Positions 1 to 8,376 of a DNA stretch of 29,118 nt are shown piece by piece. Origin of the DNA: a virus (lineage: Duplodnaviria > Caudoviricetes); IMG/VR virus record IMGVR_UViG_3300044841_000106, positions 1-29,118 of that record; one strand, 5' to 3'. How positions within the stretch are numbered: position 1 is the stretch's first letter; every line of letters begins with the position of its first letter. The notes below the pieces were generated by a model. The model searched no databases. It was not told where the DNA came from and was given only the letters and a program-made list of their open reading frames with translations. The translations under genes and the position numbers were made by a program.

Positions 1-294
1 AGGGGTTTGTCCGGTTCTAATCGGCATGTGGGCCACTTCATCTCCAGCTCAGTCTGTTCTGCGGAGCTTAGGTACGACCTCTCGAATCTCCGCCCTCAGT
101 GCTATCGTTGTAATATCCATCTTAGTGGAAATTGGCCTAGCTATGAGCTTCGCCTACTACGCGACGGCATAGACGTGGAGGCCCTGAAGCGGCGCAACCA
201 AGAGACCAAGGGCAGGCAATACGACCGACTGTTCTACGAGGAGAAAATCGCCGCCTACTCTTCCCTTCTAAGCGAGCTACAAGCTAATCACTAA
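1..294 (+). CDS. ninG: NinG/Rap-like endonuclease, 5'-truncated by window edge
   Basis: HVGHFI...LRYDLSNLRPQCYRCN...SGN motif typical of NinG; frame open from base 1. Confidence 0.8.
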   Translation, partial: RGLSGSNRHVGHFISSSVCSAELRYDLSNLRPQCYRCNIHLSGNWPSYELRLLRDGIDVEALKRRNQETKGRQYDRLFYEEKIAAYSSLLSELQANH

Positions 295-297
295 CGT

Positions 298-453
298 ATG
301 ATAAGAACCTACGATAAAACAGCCAACGCGTCCTACACTGTATTGAATGAAACATCTAACCGCACTGTAGCAAAGACCGTGCAGGTGTCTGACAAATGCA
401 ACATCGACATCGACAAAGACGGTTTCCCCATTGGTGTTGAAGTGCTGTTTTAG
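298..453 (+). CDS. DUF2283 (YuzE-like) small protein, 51 aa, not in ORF track
   Basis: Manual translation MIRTYDKTANASYTVLNETSNRTVAKTVQVSDKCNIDIDKDGFPIGVEVLF fits the YD..A.A.Y...V..T......ID.D..G.PIG.E.L pattern. Confidence 0.75.
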   Translation: MIRTYDKTANASYTVLNETSNRTVAKTVQVSDKCNIDIDKDGFPIGVEVLF

Positions 454-471
454 CCCTCACCCCATCTACCC

Positions 472-903
472 ATGAATAAAGTAAAAATAACCAGAGAACA
501 AATTGTCGGAGCTTTACGAGCACACGGTCTGCCGATAACTGACGAACAATACTTTTCCTTGCCGATTCATATCCCTCTGTATGGAGAGCTGGGGGAGGAG
601 CCTGCTACTGCGGGGGAGTGTTGCGAACGGTGTGTCGTTCATGTTGACGAAACTTTCAGAAGCTACAACGCCGGATGTTATTACCCCGAGTGCTCCTGCC
701 ATCGCTCACAGGCTGAGAAGGCACAAGTCCATAACTACGGACGGGGTGACGCAGTTCCTTTTAACGAAGCCTTCCATCTTCCCAAGGAGCTTCCCGTTCC
801 TGAGCCAATAAGCTGGAATGCACTTCCCGATGCTGACTGGAAGGTGATGATCGAACGCAAGTACAACGAACTCATCGCCTACCTCCGCCACAAGGAACAA
901 TGA
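472..903 (+). CDS. Hypothetical phage protein with Cys-rich segment
   Basis: 143-aa ORF; ECCERC...CYYPECSCH; stop overlaps next ATG (ATGA). Confidence 0.75.
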   Translation: MNKVKITREQIVGALRAHGLPITDEQYFSLPIHIPLYGELGEEPATAGECCERCVVHVDETFRSYNAGCYYPECSCHRSQAEKAQVHNYGRGDAVPFNEAFHLPKELPVPEPISWNALPDADWKVMIERKYNELIAYLRHKEQ

Positions 904-1055
904 GACACCCTGGCGATGGTTTTAAACGTAATCAAATGGCAGGCTTCACTCCCTCTCGCTTCAGAAGTTGTACCGAGTGCAACCAGAAACACCCACCTGG
1001 GTATAACCACTCGATATGCAGATTGTGTCTGATACACTTAAGCAAACGAATATGA
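900..1055 (+). CDS. Small zinc-ribbon protein, 51 aa, not in ORF track
   Basis: MRHPGDG...CTEC...CRLC...; ATGA overlaps at both ends (900-903 and 1052-1055). Confidence 0.55.
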   Translation: MRHPGDGFKRNQMAGFTPSRFRSCTECNQKHPPGYNHSICRLCLIHLSKRI

Positions 1056-1363
1056 ACTACGATCTAGCAAAGGAACTTCAAGACGCTGGCTTTCCGTACA
1101 AAGCACAGTCATTCCCGTTGTTCGTCTCCGAAGATGGAGAGGTGCCCGCGAGAGTTCCCACCCTCGAAGAACTCATAGAAGAACTCATAGAGGCGTGTAA
1201 GAACCGCGGTGGCTATCCTGCTTTTGAACTAAGCTGGATACGGGCGAATACGGCAGACGAGTGGATGGCGAAATTGTTTTCCAAGGTAGACAATCCTGAA
1301 GCAAAAGGCCCCACCCCCACCGAAGCAGTTGCCCGCTTGTGGCTCGCCCTTCAAAAAAAATGA
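1052..1363 (+). CDS. Conserved-looking phage hypothetical protein (MNYDLAKELQDAGFP...PTLEELIEAC...TPTEAVARLWLAL)
   Basis: Start moved to ATG 1052 (ATGA coupling; extended -10 TGaTACACT at 1030-1038). Confidence 0.8.
   Translation: MNYDLAKELQDAGFPYKAQSFPLFVSEDGEVPARVPTLEELIEELIEACKNRGGYPAFELSWIRANTADEWMAKLFSKVDNPEAKGPTPTEAVARLWLALQKK
1166..1191 (+). repeat. In-frame 12-bp tandem duplication GAAGAACTCATA x2 (EELI EELI)
   Basis: Read directly. Confidence 0.9.
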
Positions 1364-1532
1364 CCATCCTCGGCGCAATACCAGATGAACTACTTTATCT
1401 TAAAAACACTCAGCGAGTGCATCCTCTCCTACCGCACGAAGAGCCAGGTGCAGGCGTTCCTGCGAACAAGCGGATACCGGCTCAAGCAAAACGAGCTGAA
1501 GCGCGGGTACGGCGTCGAGTTTCCTGAGAGGC

Positions 1533-2336
1533 TCAACGCCACACGTATTCAATAATCACACTGCTGACAAAAACGATGACAGACGCCACGTACCCTACGG
1601 CTTGGAACGGATGGTGCTGTCCCTGCTTCAAGAACCATTGCATCCATCCGACCGCTTTGAAGAGCCAACCGCAAACTTGCGTCAGGCCGATGGCCAGCGC
1701 AAACAGTGGAAGCCATAGGTGAACGCCGAGGGCGGGAGCAGACAATTCCCACAGAGCCATAAGGAATGGAAAGCCAAACACACTGTATTTGTTGATAATG
1801 TCAATTGGATCGTCGAACGTAGAAAATACGTATGCTGACGCTCGCAAGACCCACGCAATATACACAACAATAGCGCCGACAATGAACGATATTACCAAAC
1901 CGACTGCAGGCCGGCGTCCCGCCGCGGTTAGAAGTTTCCTGATAAGGAAAAGAGAAATGTAATCGGCACCGACGTTGACGGCCAGCGAGGACAGGACGAG
2001 GATTACGTCCGGTTTTCCCATCCAAATGTCCGGTCCAAACGTTTCACTTTGAAACCACACGACGGCGCATAGAGCGGTCGTGATTACGGCCGACCTGCAG
2101 AACGCCCTCAAATGCCATAGCGGCTTACTGTATATGCGGTCGAATACCTCAAGTGCATAATTTGCCAGTGTCTCCTTATCCGGCGGTTGAGACTGCAAAC
2201 GGGCTGTCAACGCCTTCTTCGCCGGCCCTGACGCCTTCTTATCCAGCCAATGGAATACGCCGTACGTCGCCGCCGCATATACGAACGGCGACGCGAAGCC
2301 CAACAACTTCAGCACTTCAGTCAGCCAGCCCGGCAT
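1533..2336 (-). CDS. Multi-pass membrane protein, accessory gene (moron) opposite to phage flow
   Basis: 267 aa with several hydrophobic helices; SD-like AAGGGG upstream of ATG. Confidence 0.8.
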   Translation of the reverse strand: MPGWLTEVLKLLGFASPFVYAAATYGVFHWLDKKASGPAKKALTARLQSQPPDKETLANYALEVFDRIYSKPLWHLRAFCRSAVITTALCAVVWFQSETFGPDIWMGKPDVILVLSSLAVNVGADYISLFLIRKLLTAAGRRPAVGLVISFIVGAIVVYIAWVLRASAYVFSTFDDPIDIINKYSVFGFPFLMALWELSAPALGVHLWLPLFALAIGLTQVCGWLFKAVGWMQWFLKQGQHHPFQAVGYVASVIVFVSSVIIEYVWR

Positions 2337-2346
2337 CGCTGTCCCC

Positions 2347-2373
2347 TTGCGTCCTCAGAACCTATGGTAGAAT
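2347..2373 (+). promoter_or_regulatory. Putative packaging-operon promoter TTGCGT-N15-TAGAAT with TG extension
   Basis: TGgTAGAAT at 2365-2373, 18 nt before the TerS ATG. Confidence 0.55.
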
Positions 2374-2391
2374 AAGAATCAAACAAATCAA

Positions 2392-2670
2392 ATGGCACGA
2401 GGAGGAAAACGACTAGGAGCAGGTAGGCCGAAAGGGAGCACACAGCGCCCGCAACTTCGGGATTACTTCAACGAGGATGAATTGCTGGACTTCATTGAGC
2501 TTGTGAAGACCCACATGGTCGAGGACATGACCATCTTAAGGTTTGTAGGCGAGCAGATATTCGGCAAAGCGGTCCAGCCCATCAGTGGCGACCCAGTAGA
2601 CCGCACGCCTATCCCAATTTTGCATGTACAGCGAAACGACGGCGACCCGAAAGGTAGCCGCACTACATAA
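2392..2670 (+). CDS. Putative terminase small subunit
   Basis: RGGKRLGAGRPKGS N-terminus, FGKAVQPISG C-terminal motif; overlaps TerL start. Confidence 0.75.
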   Translation: MARGGKRLGAGRPKGSTQRPQLRDYFNEDELLDFIELVKTHMVEDMTILRFVGEQIFGKAVQPISGDPVDRTPIPILHVQRNDGDPKGSRTT

Positions 2671-3820
2671 GCGCATCCGCGCCATTCAAGGCGGCACATC
2701 CGCCTCTAAGACCATCTCAACACTGATCTGCCTCATTGCGCTTGCCCAGAGCGACATTGAGCCCACGCTCACCAGCGTCGTATCCGAGACACTGCCTCAC
2801 CTCAAGCGCGGCGCCATCCGCGATTTTCTCTCCATCATGGAGACGCATGAGTACTTCAACCCCGATCGCTGGAACAAGACCGAGCTTACCTACACGTTCG
2901 AGACCGGGAGCAAGCTTGAGTTCTTCTCGGCAGATCAGCCGGGCAAGGTACGAGGCCCGCGGCGCGATCGACTGTTCGTCAATGAGGCGAACAATATCGC
3001 CTACGAGACGTTCGACCAGCTCGAAGTCCGTACAAATGAGTTCATCTTTCTCGACTGGAATCCCACCAACGAGTTCTGGTTCTACACCGAGGTGCTTGGC
3101 AAGCGGGATGACGTTGAGCACATCATCCTCACCTACATGGACAACGAGGCGCTTGAGCCGGCCATCGTTGCATCCATCGAGCAGCGGCGCGGCAGAGCGG
3201 GATGGTGGAAGGTCTACGGCGAAGGCCAGCTTGGCGACGTTGAGGGCAAGATATTCATTGGCTGGAAGCTCGACCTAGAGGAGATCCCGCACGAGGCCAG
3301 GTTGGAGCGTTTTGGCTTAGATTTTGGATATACGAACGACCCCACGGCCCTTGTCGCCATTTACTACTTCAACGGCGGCTACATCCTGGACGAGTTGCTG
3401 TTCTTTAAGAGTCTCAGCAACAAGCAGATCGCCGATAGCATCCTCGACCAGCCGAAGAAGGCCCTCACGATCGCTGACAGTGCAGAGCCCAAGTCAATCG
3501 ACGAGATACGCAGCTTCGGCGTCAACATCCAGCCCACCACGAAGGGACCGGGCTCGGTCCTTCAGCGCATCCAAATGATGCAGGACCAGCAGATAAGCGT
3601 CACCAAGCGAAGCACGAACCTCATCAAGGAGTACCGAAACTACCTGTGGCTCACCGACAAGGATGGTCGGATTACCAACGAGCCTGACCACCTGTGGAGC
3701 CACGGCATGGACGCTGCAATGTACGGCATGGCCTCATTGGTCCCGATGATACGGCGCAAGGAGATGATCGACGCCCTGCCCCGCATCCAGCGCAAGCAGC
3801 AAGCCAACCCAGGACGATGA
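2624..3820 (+). CDS. terL: Terminase large subunit (PBSX/Terminase_3 type)
   Basis: Walker A GGTSASKT, Walker B RLFVNEAN, nuclease motifs GLDFGYTNDPTA, ADSAEPKSI, HGMDA. Confidence 0.96.
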   Translation: MYSETTATRKVAALHKRIRAIQGGTSASKTISTLICLIALAQSDIEPTLTSVVSETLPHLKRGAIRDFLSIMETHEYFNPDRWNKTELTYTFETGSKLEFFSADQPGKVRGPRRDRLFVNEANNIAYETFDQLEVRTNEFIFLDWNPTNEFWFYTEVLGKRDDVEHIILTYMDNEALEPAIVASIEQRRGRAGWWKVYGEGQLGDVEGKIFIGWKLDLEEIPHEARLERFGLDFGYTNDPTALVAIYYFNGGYILDELLFFKSLSNKQIADSILDQPKKALTIADSAEPKSIDEIRSFGVNIQPTTKGPGSVLQRIQMMQDQQISVTKRSTNLIKEYRNYLWLTDKDGRITNEPDHLWSHGMDAAMYGMASLVPMIRRKEMIDALPRIQRKQQANPGR

Positions 3821-3990
3821 TTACCAACATTGGAAATTGTTTCTACTGCAAGGGGCCTGTGTTCGCCGCGCCCGGCCAGAAGATCAAATGGCTGAAGCGC
3901 ACGCCCACGCATTTTGGAGAGTCAGTCGGAGAGGCCAAGACCTACCCGACCCATAAGAAGTGCCGCAAGCTATCAACACGCGCCGCTTGA
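3817..3990 (+). CDS. Small Zn-finger-like protein, 57 aa
   Basis: ATGA overlap with terL stop; CFYC...HKKC. Confidence 0.55.
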   Translation: MITNIGNCFYCKGPVFAAPGQKIKWLKRTPTHFGESVGEAKTYPTHKKCRKLSTRAA

Positions 3991-4012
3991 CAGATTTTTT
4001 CCATGCTAGAAT
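3970..4012 (+). promoter_or_regulatory. Promoter: CTATCAACA box, TTGACA-N14-TAGAAT (TG-extended); likely leaderless GTG at 4019
   Basis: Consensus TTGACA 3987-3992; TGcTAGAAT 4004-4012; 6 nt to start codon. Confidence 0.65.
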
Positions 4013-4018
4013 TACACA

Positions 4019-4312
4019 GTGAAAACTACTCCTAGGAAGAAGCCGGCAAAGAAGCGAGCATCAGCCAAGACTCAGTTTGTCGTCACGCTCGAATTGAACG
4101 GCACTGAGTTCGTTTCAAAGGGCACAACGGCCCTCGCAGCCGTTGAAGCTCTTGAGTTCGATCAGCCTAAAACCAAAGGCGTCCTGACAGCCCGTTTCGG
4201 CAAACTCCGCAGCAACCCGCAGCTCATCGTCGTGCCGACGCTTAAGCGCCTCGCCGTGAGCAAGTTTGTTCAGATTATCTGGGCCAAGCGCCTTGAGATG
4301 ACGATGAAGTAA
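4019..4312 (+). CDS. Basic hypothetical protein preceding portal
   Basis: 97 aa, Lys/Arg-rich N-terminus; ends 2 nt before portal ATG. Confidence 0.8.
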   Translation: MKTTPRKKPAKKRASAKTQFVVTLELNGTEFVSKGTTALAAVEALEFDQPKTKGVLTARFGKLRSNPQLIVVPTLKRLAVSKFVQIIWAKRLEMTMK

Positions 4313-4314
4313 CT

Positions 4315-6120
4315 ATGGACATTTATCAGCTCTGCAAGTCCGAGGAGGCCAACTACAAACTGCCCATCCCCATCATTGACGGCTACGAATGGTCGATGCA
4401 CCGCCACATCCGCCAGACCGTCCTCTACAAGAACAGCCAGCTTGAGAGCGGCAAGAACGAGGGCAAGGCAGACGAGAAGCCGGTCAAGAACATCATCCGT
4501 CCTATCCTCAACCTTCAGTACCGCTCTGAGGGCTTCGACGTGAAGGATATCGAGTTGTTCGTCAACTCGCCGAAGGACTACTACAAATCGCTTTTGGTAC
4601 GGAAGTTTCATGAGAAATGGGCGCGCGAAAACAACCTAGACACCTTCATTGATGAGATGGTTGAGAGCTTCGTCGATTTCGGCGGCGCACTGGTGAAGAA
4701 CATAAACTCTGCCCGGCCTGAAGTCGTCCCGCTCCAGTCCATAGCGTTCTGCGACCAGACCGACATGCTGTCCGGCCCCTTGGGCATTAAGCACAACTAC
4801 TCCCCCGATCAGCTCATGGAGATGGAGAGCAAGGGCTGGGGAAAATTCGGCGTCACGCTTCAAGACCTCATTGAACTGGCCGAGCACGCCAAGGAGGAAG
4901 CTTCGACCGGGGAAGGCCAGAAGGCCAAGACGCCGGGGAAGTACATTGAGGTGTACGAGATACACGGCATGTTCCCGAAGTCGTGGAGCACCGGGGAGCC
5001 GAGGGGTGACGACGATGAGGCTTACACGCGCCAGCTCCACATCATCGCCTACTATGGCAAAGGCGAGGGCCGTAGCGGCGTAACGCTGTATCGCGGCAAG
5101 GAGGCCGAATTGCCGTTCAAGCTGATCCTGCGCGACAAGATATTCGGCCGTGCTTTGGGCCTAGGCGGCGCTGAGGAGCTATTTGAGCCCCAAGTATGGG
5201 TCAACCTTGGTGTTATACGCATCAAGGATATGCTCGATGCTGCGGCCAAGAAGATTTTCAAGACGACCGATGCTCAGTTCGCCACTCGAAACAAGACGAC
5301 CGACTTGGAGAATAACGAAATACTGGTGCTGGAGGATGGCAAAGATATTGCGCCGCTCGATACGTCAGTCCCCAACGTCGAGGCTATTGAGAACAATGTC
5401 GTGCTTTGGGAGGAGCACGCACGTCAGATGGGCGGCGCCAACGAGGTAGCGCTAGGCGAGCAGCCCAACTCTGGCACGCCGTTCAAGCTTCAGGAGCTTA
5501 TTACGCAGGAGAATAACTCCATCCACCTCTACCGGCAGGGCAAGCTCGCCACCTTCACCGACGAAATCTACCGCGACTGGGTACTGCCCTATGCCATGCG
5601 CGAGATCAGCAAGGGCCAGGAGTTCTTGGCCGAGCTAGACTTGGACGAGCTTCAGGGCGTGGCCGATAGCCTTGTTACCAGTGAAACGAACAAGGCCATC
5701 AAGGAGCGCATTATCCTCAAGGGCGAGTTGATGGACGAGGCGAAGGTAGAGTTGTTCAAGACTCAGACACGCGACCAGTTCATGAAAGGTGGCAACAAGC
5801 GCTTCATGAAGATAGCGAAGGCTGAGTTCGCATCGATTCCGGTCGATGTGTACACCAACATCGTTGGTAAGCAGAAAGACCTCTCCGGCAAGACCGACAA
5901 GCTCGTCAACATCTTCCGCCAGCTCATCGCAGCGCCGCAAATTCTTGACGACCCCCGCATGGCGAAAATTTTCAATGAGATACTGGAAGCATCGGGTCTC
6001 AGTCCCGTGGACTTCTACCAGAAGCCTCCGCAGCAAGTGCAGCCGCAGGATCAGCAGCAGCCCCTTCAGTCCAAGCCCAGCACAGCGGAGCCGTTATTAG
6101 ACCTAGCTAAAGCAGCATGA
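4315..6120 (+). CDS. Portal protein (podovirus/P22-like)
   Basis: 601 aa between terL and scaffold/capsid genes; helical with Gln-rich C-terminal tail; assigned by position and size. Confidence 0.85.
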   Translation: MDIYQLCKSEEANYKLPIPIIDGYEWSMHRHIRQTVLYKNSQLESGKNEGKADEKPVKNIIRPILNLQYRSEGFDVKDIELFVNSPKDYYKSLLVRKFHEKWARENNLDTFIDEMVESFVDFGGALVKNINSARPEVVPLQSIAFCDQTDMLSGPLGIKHNYSPDQLMEMESKGWGKFGVTLQDLIELAEHAKEEASTGEGQKAKTPGKYIEVYEIHGMFPKSWSTGEPRGDDDEAYTRQLHIIAYYGKGEGRSGVTLYRGKEAELPFKLILRDKIFGRALGLGGAEELFEPQVWVNLGVIRIKDMLDAAAKKIFKTTDAQFATRNKTTDLENNEILVLEDGKDIAPLDTSVPNVEAIENNVVLWEEHARQMGGANEVALGEQPNSGTPFKLQELITQENNSIHLYRQGKLATFTDEIYRDWVLPYAMREISKGQEFLAELDLDELQGVADSLVTSETNKAIKERIILKGELMDEAKVELFKTQTRDQFMKGGNKRFMKIAKAEFASIPVDVYTNIVGKQKDLSGKTDKLVNIFRQLIAAPQILDDPRMAKIFNEILEASGLSPVDFYQKPPQQVQPQDQQQPLQSKPSTAEPLLDLAKAA

Positions 6121-6470
6121 ACAACCAAGAATTCGCAGAGCAGATATTGAACGACATCGAGAAGGCCGAAGTGCTGAAGTTCATCGAGAATCGCACCATG
6201 GTCGAGGCCGTCAGGAAAGTGCTTTTGTCGGGCGTGTACTTCAATGGCACGCTCCGGGCCGGCGAGAAGGCCGAGCCGGGCCGTAACTTCGCCTTGGCAC
6301 TAGTGGTCCAGGCGCTCGCCAATAATCAGGAGATTTCCAACGAGCTGTTGGGTCAGGACATCCGCGGCGCGGCCGAAGGCATCAGGCTCGTTGAAATCGG
6401 CTTCTCTCAGCTCGACAAGTTCAAGGCAGCACCCGAACCGAAGAAAAAGGAGAAGAACCCCGGTCGCTAG
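6117..6470 (+). CDS. Hypothetical head-module protein coupled to portal
   Basis: ATGA overlap with portal stop; 117 aa ending KNPGR. Confidence 0.8.
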   Translation: MNNQEFAEQILNDIEKAEVLKFIENRTMVEAVRKVLLSGVYFNGTLRAGEKAEPGRNFALALVVQALANNQEISNELLGQDIRGAAEGIRLVEIGFSQLDKFKAAPEPKKKEKNPGR

Positions 6471-6472
6471 GG

Positions 6473-6511
6473 TGTGGACAGCGAGCTTGCATAAATTATT
6501 GGTGCTATAAT
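6473..6511 (+). promoter_or_regulatory. Promoter: TGTGGACAG box, TTGCAT-N13-TATAAT (TG-extended)
   Basis: TGcTATAAT 6503-6511 in intergenic gap. Confidence 0.65.
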
Positions 6512-6524
6512 TACTGAAAAGAAC

Positions 6525-6923
6525 ATGAAAGCAAACTCAGACCGCAATCTAATTGTTCTCTCGCTTCTAGCGTTTTGCATCTTGCTCACCGCAGTCCTGC
6601 TTTTCGCTGCCGACAGAGCCAATGCCTCCGCTCCCTCCGGCCTTCCAGCTACCGTCGCAACCTCGTCTACCCCAACCGTCACCACGACGACGTCGCTGGT
6701 GTTCGCAACGACCTCCAACTGCGCAGCGCGCGTTATCTCGACTGCATCCAGTTCCATCATGACCACGTTCAGCGACTTCCAGGGCGACGCGCCAAACGCC
6801 GCAAAGGGCTTCTGGCAGGCCGCCAGTACGACCAAGGAGTACGACGCCGGCCTCTATGGATGCGGCGCGTTCAAGATTTACAGTTTTGCCACCCAGCAGA
6901 TCACAGTGCTGGAGAGCCGCTAA
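6525..6923 (+). CDS. Exported/membrane-anchored Thr/Ser-rich protein
   Basis: Hydrophobic N-terminal helix, ANA-S cleavage-like site, Cys pair in mature part. Confidence 0.8.
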   Translation: MKANSDRNLIVLSLLAFCILLTAVLLFAADRANASAPSGLPATVATSSTPTVTTTTSLVFATTSNCAARVISTASSSIMTTFSDFQGDAPNAAKGFWQAASTTKEYDAGLYGCGAFKIYSFATQQITVLESR

Positions 6924-6943
6924 TTATCACTAACACCATCACC

Positions 6944-7066
6944 ATGGCACTACCCGCAAAGAAACCATCATTGAAGGACAAGCACCGAGCGCTGTTGACG
7001 CCGCCCAAGAAGAAGCGTGCAGCCAAGAAGCGTGCGATTACTAAGGTCGTTAAGCGGAAGAAATAG
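6944..7066 (+). CDS. Very basic 40-aa peptide (MALPAKKPSLKDK...KVVKRKK)
   Basis: Fills the gap between neighbours; stop 1 nt before next ATG. Confidence 0.7.
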   Translation: MALPAKKPSLKDKHRALLTPPKKKRAAKKRAITKVVKRKK

Positions 7067-7067
7067 C

Positions 7068-7676
7068 ATGAAAGCATCAGCATTTATTGGAGCACTTGCA
7101 GCAGTCGTTGTTCTCGTAGCAGGCTATTTCATTGTCGCTCCCGCGTTCAACCAAACGCTGGGCGCAGGGGCAGGGCCAGAGGACTCTAACCCCTACGCCA
7201 GCAAGGGCGGCGTTCAGTCGTTTACTAGCACTGCCTCATGCATCACCGGCACCTCAACCGTGTTCTCCATTCGAAATCCGCTCAATGCGACCTCTACGCT
7301 GGCCTACGCCAGCATTCGTGGTCTAAACGGCGCGACCACGACTGACATCATTGTGGGCACTTCCACCACACCAGCACCGGCAGGAACCGCAGTCGCGACC
7401 ACCTCGATAGTTGGCAACATCTTCGGTCTGTATAGCATCGCAGCGAATGCAACGTTTTCTTCTGTTGCCGGCGTGACGATGGGACCTGGTACGGGTTACA
7501 AGGCGCCTTCTGCGGGCACATATCCTACTTCGCAGTCCCGCGTGGTAATCGGCCCCGGCGAGTATGTTATCGGCTTCTCCACTTCGACCAATCCGACTAA
7601 CAACGGCGGCATCACCGCATCCACTCTTTCGCTGCCTGTCTCGTGTCTGTTCGACTACGTGTTCATCAAGCTCTAA
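7068..7676 (+). CDS. Exported/membrane-anchored Thr/Ser/Gly-rich protein, 202 aa
   Basis: Start moved to ATG 7068; MKASAFIGALAAVVVLVAGYFIVAPA hydrophobic leader; two Cys. Confidence 0.8.
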   Translation: MKASAFIGALAAVVVLVAGYFIVAPAFNQTLGAGAGPEDSNPYASKGGVQSFTSTASCITGTSTVFSIRNPLNATSTLAYASIRGLNGATTTDIIVGTSTTPAPAGTAVATTSIVGNIFGLYSIAANATFSSVAGVTMGPGTGYKAPSAGTYPTSQSRVVIGPGEYVIGFSTSTNPTNNGGITASTLSLPVSCLFDYVFIKL

Positions 7677-7689
7677 GCAGCCGGGTCTC

Positions 7690-7753
7690 TCACTCCCCGC
7701 CATCAAAGAGTGCATTACAAGCGGTTATCACTCCCACCAAAAGTGACTAAGCC
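7690..7753 (+). promoter_or_regulatory. Two similar hairpins upstream of scaffold gene
   Basis: CACTC-cccgccatcaaa-GAGTG and TCACT-cccaccaaa-AGTGA. Confidence 0.5.
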
Positions 7754-7762
7754 TTCTCATTT

Positions 7763-8335
7763 ATGGCAGATGAAAATGACAACGAGGTAGTGGACGACAC
7801 CGAGGACATAGAGGACGTTCAAGACGATTCTGATAAGTCCAAAGCCGACCCAGAGCCCAAGGCGAAAGCTAAGCGCACTGACGAGGAGGAGCTTGAGTAC
7901 CTTGAAGGCCGCGCCAAGAGGATTCGCACGAAACTCGGCAAGGACAAAAAGGACGAGCCCAAGCCCTCCGAAACCAAATCGACAGAGCTGGACTATGGAC
8001 AGAAGGCGTATCTCACCGCCACCTTGGCTATCAAGGGCAGCGACGAGTGGGCCTTGGTCAGAGAGTACGTTGGGAACGGCAAGTCTATCGACGATCTCGT
8101 GGACAACCGCCACTTCAACAACGACCTCAAAGACCTCCGCGAAGCGAGAGCTTCGAAAGAAGCACTTCCAACTGGTTCCAAGCGCGCACAGCAATCAGGT
8201 GCATCGACGGTTGACTACTGGATTGCGAAAGGCGAATTGCCTCCTCGCACCCCGGAGAATAAACAGTTGCGCATCGACGTGATTAACGCACGCATGAAGA
8301 AGGGGAAGAGCAGCGGCGTGTTCTACAACTCCTAG
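7763..8335 (+). CDS. Putative capsid scaffolding protein
   Basis: Acidic N-terminus, charged helical body, directly upstream of capsid gene. Confidence 0.8.
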   Translation: MADENDNEVVDDTEDIEDVQDDSDKSKADPEPKAKAKRTDEEELEYLEGRAKRIRTKLGKDKKDEPKPSETKSTELDYGQKAYLTATLAIKGSDEWALVREYVGNGKSIDDLVDNRHFNNDLKDLREARASKEALPTGSKRAQQSGASTVDYWIAKGELPPRTPENKQLRIDVINARMKKGKSSGVFYNS

Positions 8336-8376
8336 CCTGACGGTCTGGTCCTTACTGGACTAGCTATAATAGGCTT

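Noticed and set aside
1339-1555. Small gene between 1363 and the membrane moron
   Set aside because: Two competing frames (1360-1527 and 1385-1555) and no recognisable motif; cannot choose between them
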